DNA of 61,470 bases, counting the filler. It is 7 parts of 7 records of this genome, joined end to end, with 100 filler letters (N's around TTAATTAATTAA, not from the genome) between each part and the next. Parts side by side here need not be neighbours in the genome. Positions count along the whole stretch, not along the records: positions 48,754 to 61,470 come from SRR31156797_41211; 6 more parts are not named here. The stretch is one strand, 5' to 3'. The position numbers and the translations under genes were made by a program. The notes under the pieces are model-generated. The model was given only the letters and a program-made list of their open reading frames with translations, searched no databases and had not been told where the DNA came from. Shown in pieces: positions 60,138-61,470 of this stretch. The stretch's first letter is position 1. Every line of letters starts with the position of its first letter.

Positions 60138-61470
60138 AGATCCAGGACCTTGAATCCCTGAACACGGTCCGCCAGCAGGGCCTGGCCAAGTTCAAGCCGG
60201 ATCGGCCGCGCATTGCCGTCGGTCTCGGTACCTGCGGTATCGGCAACGGCGCCGAAGAGGTCTATCAGGCGTTTCTCAGCGCCGTCGAGGCGCGCGGCGT
60301 CGACGCTTTCGTCACCCGCACCGGCTGCTTCGGATTCTGTGCCGACGAACCGCTGGTCAACATCGCCATTCCCGGCAAGCCCCTGGTCGTTCTGAACCGG
60401 GTCAAGCCGCAGGACGCCGATGCCATCGTTGCCGACATCCACACCGGCACGGTCGATCGTGCGCGCGCGCTCTGCCGCATCGAATCCTGGGATCACCTGA
60501 CCGGCGTTGTCGACTACGGCGAAGGCTTTGCCGACATTCCTCTGTGGAACGAGGTCGATTTCTATAAAGGTCAGAAGAAGATTGTTCTTCGCAACTGCGG
60601 CCTGATCGATCCCGAGGACATCGAGGAATATATCGCCGTCGGCGGCTACCGGGCGTTGCTCAAGACCCTTCGCAACGGCGAACCGGAACGTGTCATCGAA
60701 GAACTCAAGACCGCCAAGCTGCGTGGCCGCGGTGGTGCCGGTTTCCTGGTCGGAACCAAGTGGGAGTTCATGCGCAACGCGCCGGACGGCACCAAATACG
60801 TCATCTGCAATGCCGACGAAGGCGATCCCGGCGCCTACATGAACCGCAACGAAATCGAAAGCGATCCCCACAACCTGATCGAAGGTATGATCATCGGCGC
60901 CTATTGCATGGGTGCCACCGACGGCATCGTCTACGTGCGGGCCGAATATCCGCTGGCGGTTCACCGCCTGGAAAAAGCCGTCGCCCAAGCTCAGGCATAC
61001 GGCCTGCTCGGCGACGACATTCTGGGCAGCGGCTTTTCCTTCCATCTGTCGCTGGTCGAAGGCGCCGGCGCCTTCGTTTGCGGCGAAGAAACGGCCCTGA
61101 TCGCCTCGCTTGAAGGCAAGGCCGGGCGTCCGCGCCCGCGTCCGCCCTATCCGGCCGAGAAGGGCCTTTGGGGCAAGCCGACCAACATCAACAATGTCGA
61201 GACCTGGTACAACGTACCGGTCATCGTCCATAACGGCGGCTCCTGGTTCAATCAGACCGGCACCGACCGCAGCCCCGGCACCAAGGTTTTTTCGCTGGTC
61301 GGCAAGATCAAGAACACCGGCCTGGTCGAGGTGCCGCTGGGTACGCCGCTGAAGACCTTCGTCTACGACATCGGCGGCGGAACCGGCAACGGCAAGGCGG
61401 TCAAGGCCCTGCAGACCGGCGGTCCGTCCGGCGGTTGCGTGCCGGTCGACATGTTCGACACGCCGGTCGA
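60134..61470 (+). CDS. NuoF/HydB/HoxF-type NADH-binding flavoprotein (3' runs off window)
   Basis: Manual translation: N-terminal thioredoxin-like domain (GTCG..TGCFGFC), LRGRGGAGF, CNADEGDPGAYMNRNE, GAGAFVCGEETAL, NINNVET; not in ORF track. Confidence 0.93.
   Translation, partial: MKIQDLESLNTVRQQGLAKFKPDRPRIAVGLGTCGIGNGAEEVYQAFLSAVEARGVDAFVTRTGCFGFCADEPLVNIAIPGKPLVVLNRVKPQDADAIVADIHTGTVDRARALCRIESWDHLTGVVDYGEGFADIPLWNEVDFYKGQKKIVLRNCGLIDPEDIEEYIAVGGYRALLKTLRNGEPERVIEELKTAKLRGRGGAGFLVGTKWEFMRNAPDGTKYVICNADEGDPGAYMNRNEIESDPHNLIEGMIIGAYCMGATDGIVYVRAEYPLAVHRLEKAVAQAQAYGLLGDDILGSGFSFHLSLVEGAGAFVCGEETALIASLEGKAGRPRPRPPYPAEKGLWGKPTNINNVETWYNVPVIVHNGGSWFNQTGTDRSPGTKVFSLVGKIKNTGLVEVPLGTPLKTFVYDIGGGTGNGKAVKALQTGGPSGGCVPVDMFDTPV

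Noticed and set aside
59598-61470. Respiratory complex I nuoEF
   Set aside because: No nuoA-D upstream, and the flavoprotein has an extra N-terminal domain.

Overview
The window is not one locus. It is seven unrelated contigs joined by six 100-nt spacers (N-TTAATTAATTAA-N), so gene context is valid only within a contig. Taxonomic labels are inferred from GC content and protein style. (1) 1-6442, Bacteroidota-like: aspS, tadA, a GH20 hexosaminidase, a HGSNAT/NagX-like acyltransferase and the 3' end of aroA. (2) 6543-13574, Campylobacterota-like: a His-rich Ni/Co cluster (His-rich leader ending in RPP, HupE/UreJ, an unannotated 45-aa His-lipoprotein, a His-rich periplasmic protein), a class II cytochrome c, dmeF/dmeR, an OmpR-type two-component system, a PrxU-like peroxiredoxin and a Fur-boxed imelysin. 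(3) 13675-23373, Bacteroidota-like: a secreted protein of more than 3000 aa with 31 Cys-rich ~88-aa repeats. (4) 23474-29686, Bacteroidota-like: co-oriented accessory genes ending in a 21-nt periodic palindromic repeat tract. (5) 29787-40894, Planctomycetota-like: a giant beta-helix/BACON protein, an alpha/beta hydrolase, a secreted beta-sandwich protein fused to TlpA through an in-frame TGA followed by a hairpin (candidate new selenoprotein), and smc. (6) 40995-48653, Alphaproteobacteria-like: a sugar ABC permease, a PMI-like cupin, an apulose kinase/transketolase-type operon with a SorC regulator, and IS remnants. (7) 48754-61470, Alphaproteobacteria-like: soeABC, a degenerate TRAP permease, purC, LysE, an ECF sigma/anti-sigma pair, an HNH nuclease and a HydC/HydB-type diaphorase. 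The top leads are the UGA read-through TlpA fusion (37822-39363) and the His-rich RPP leader in front of the nickel cluster (6543-8190).
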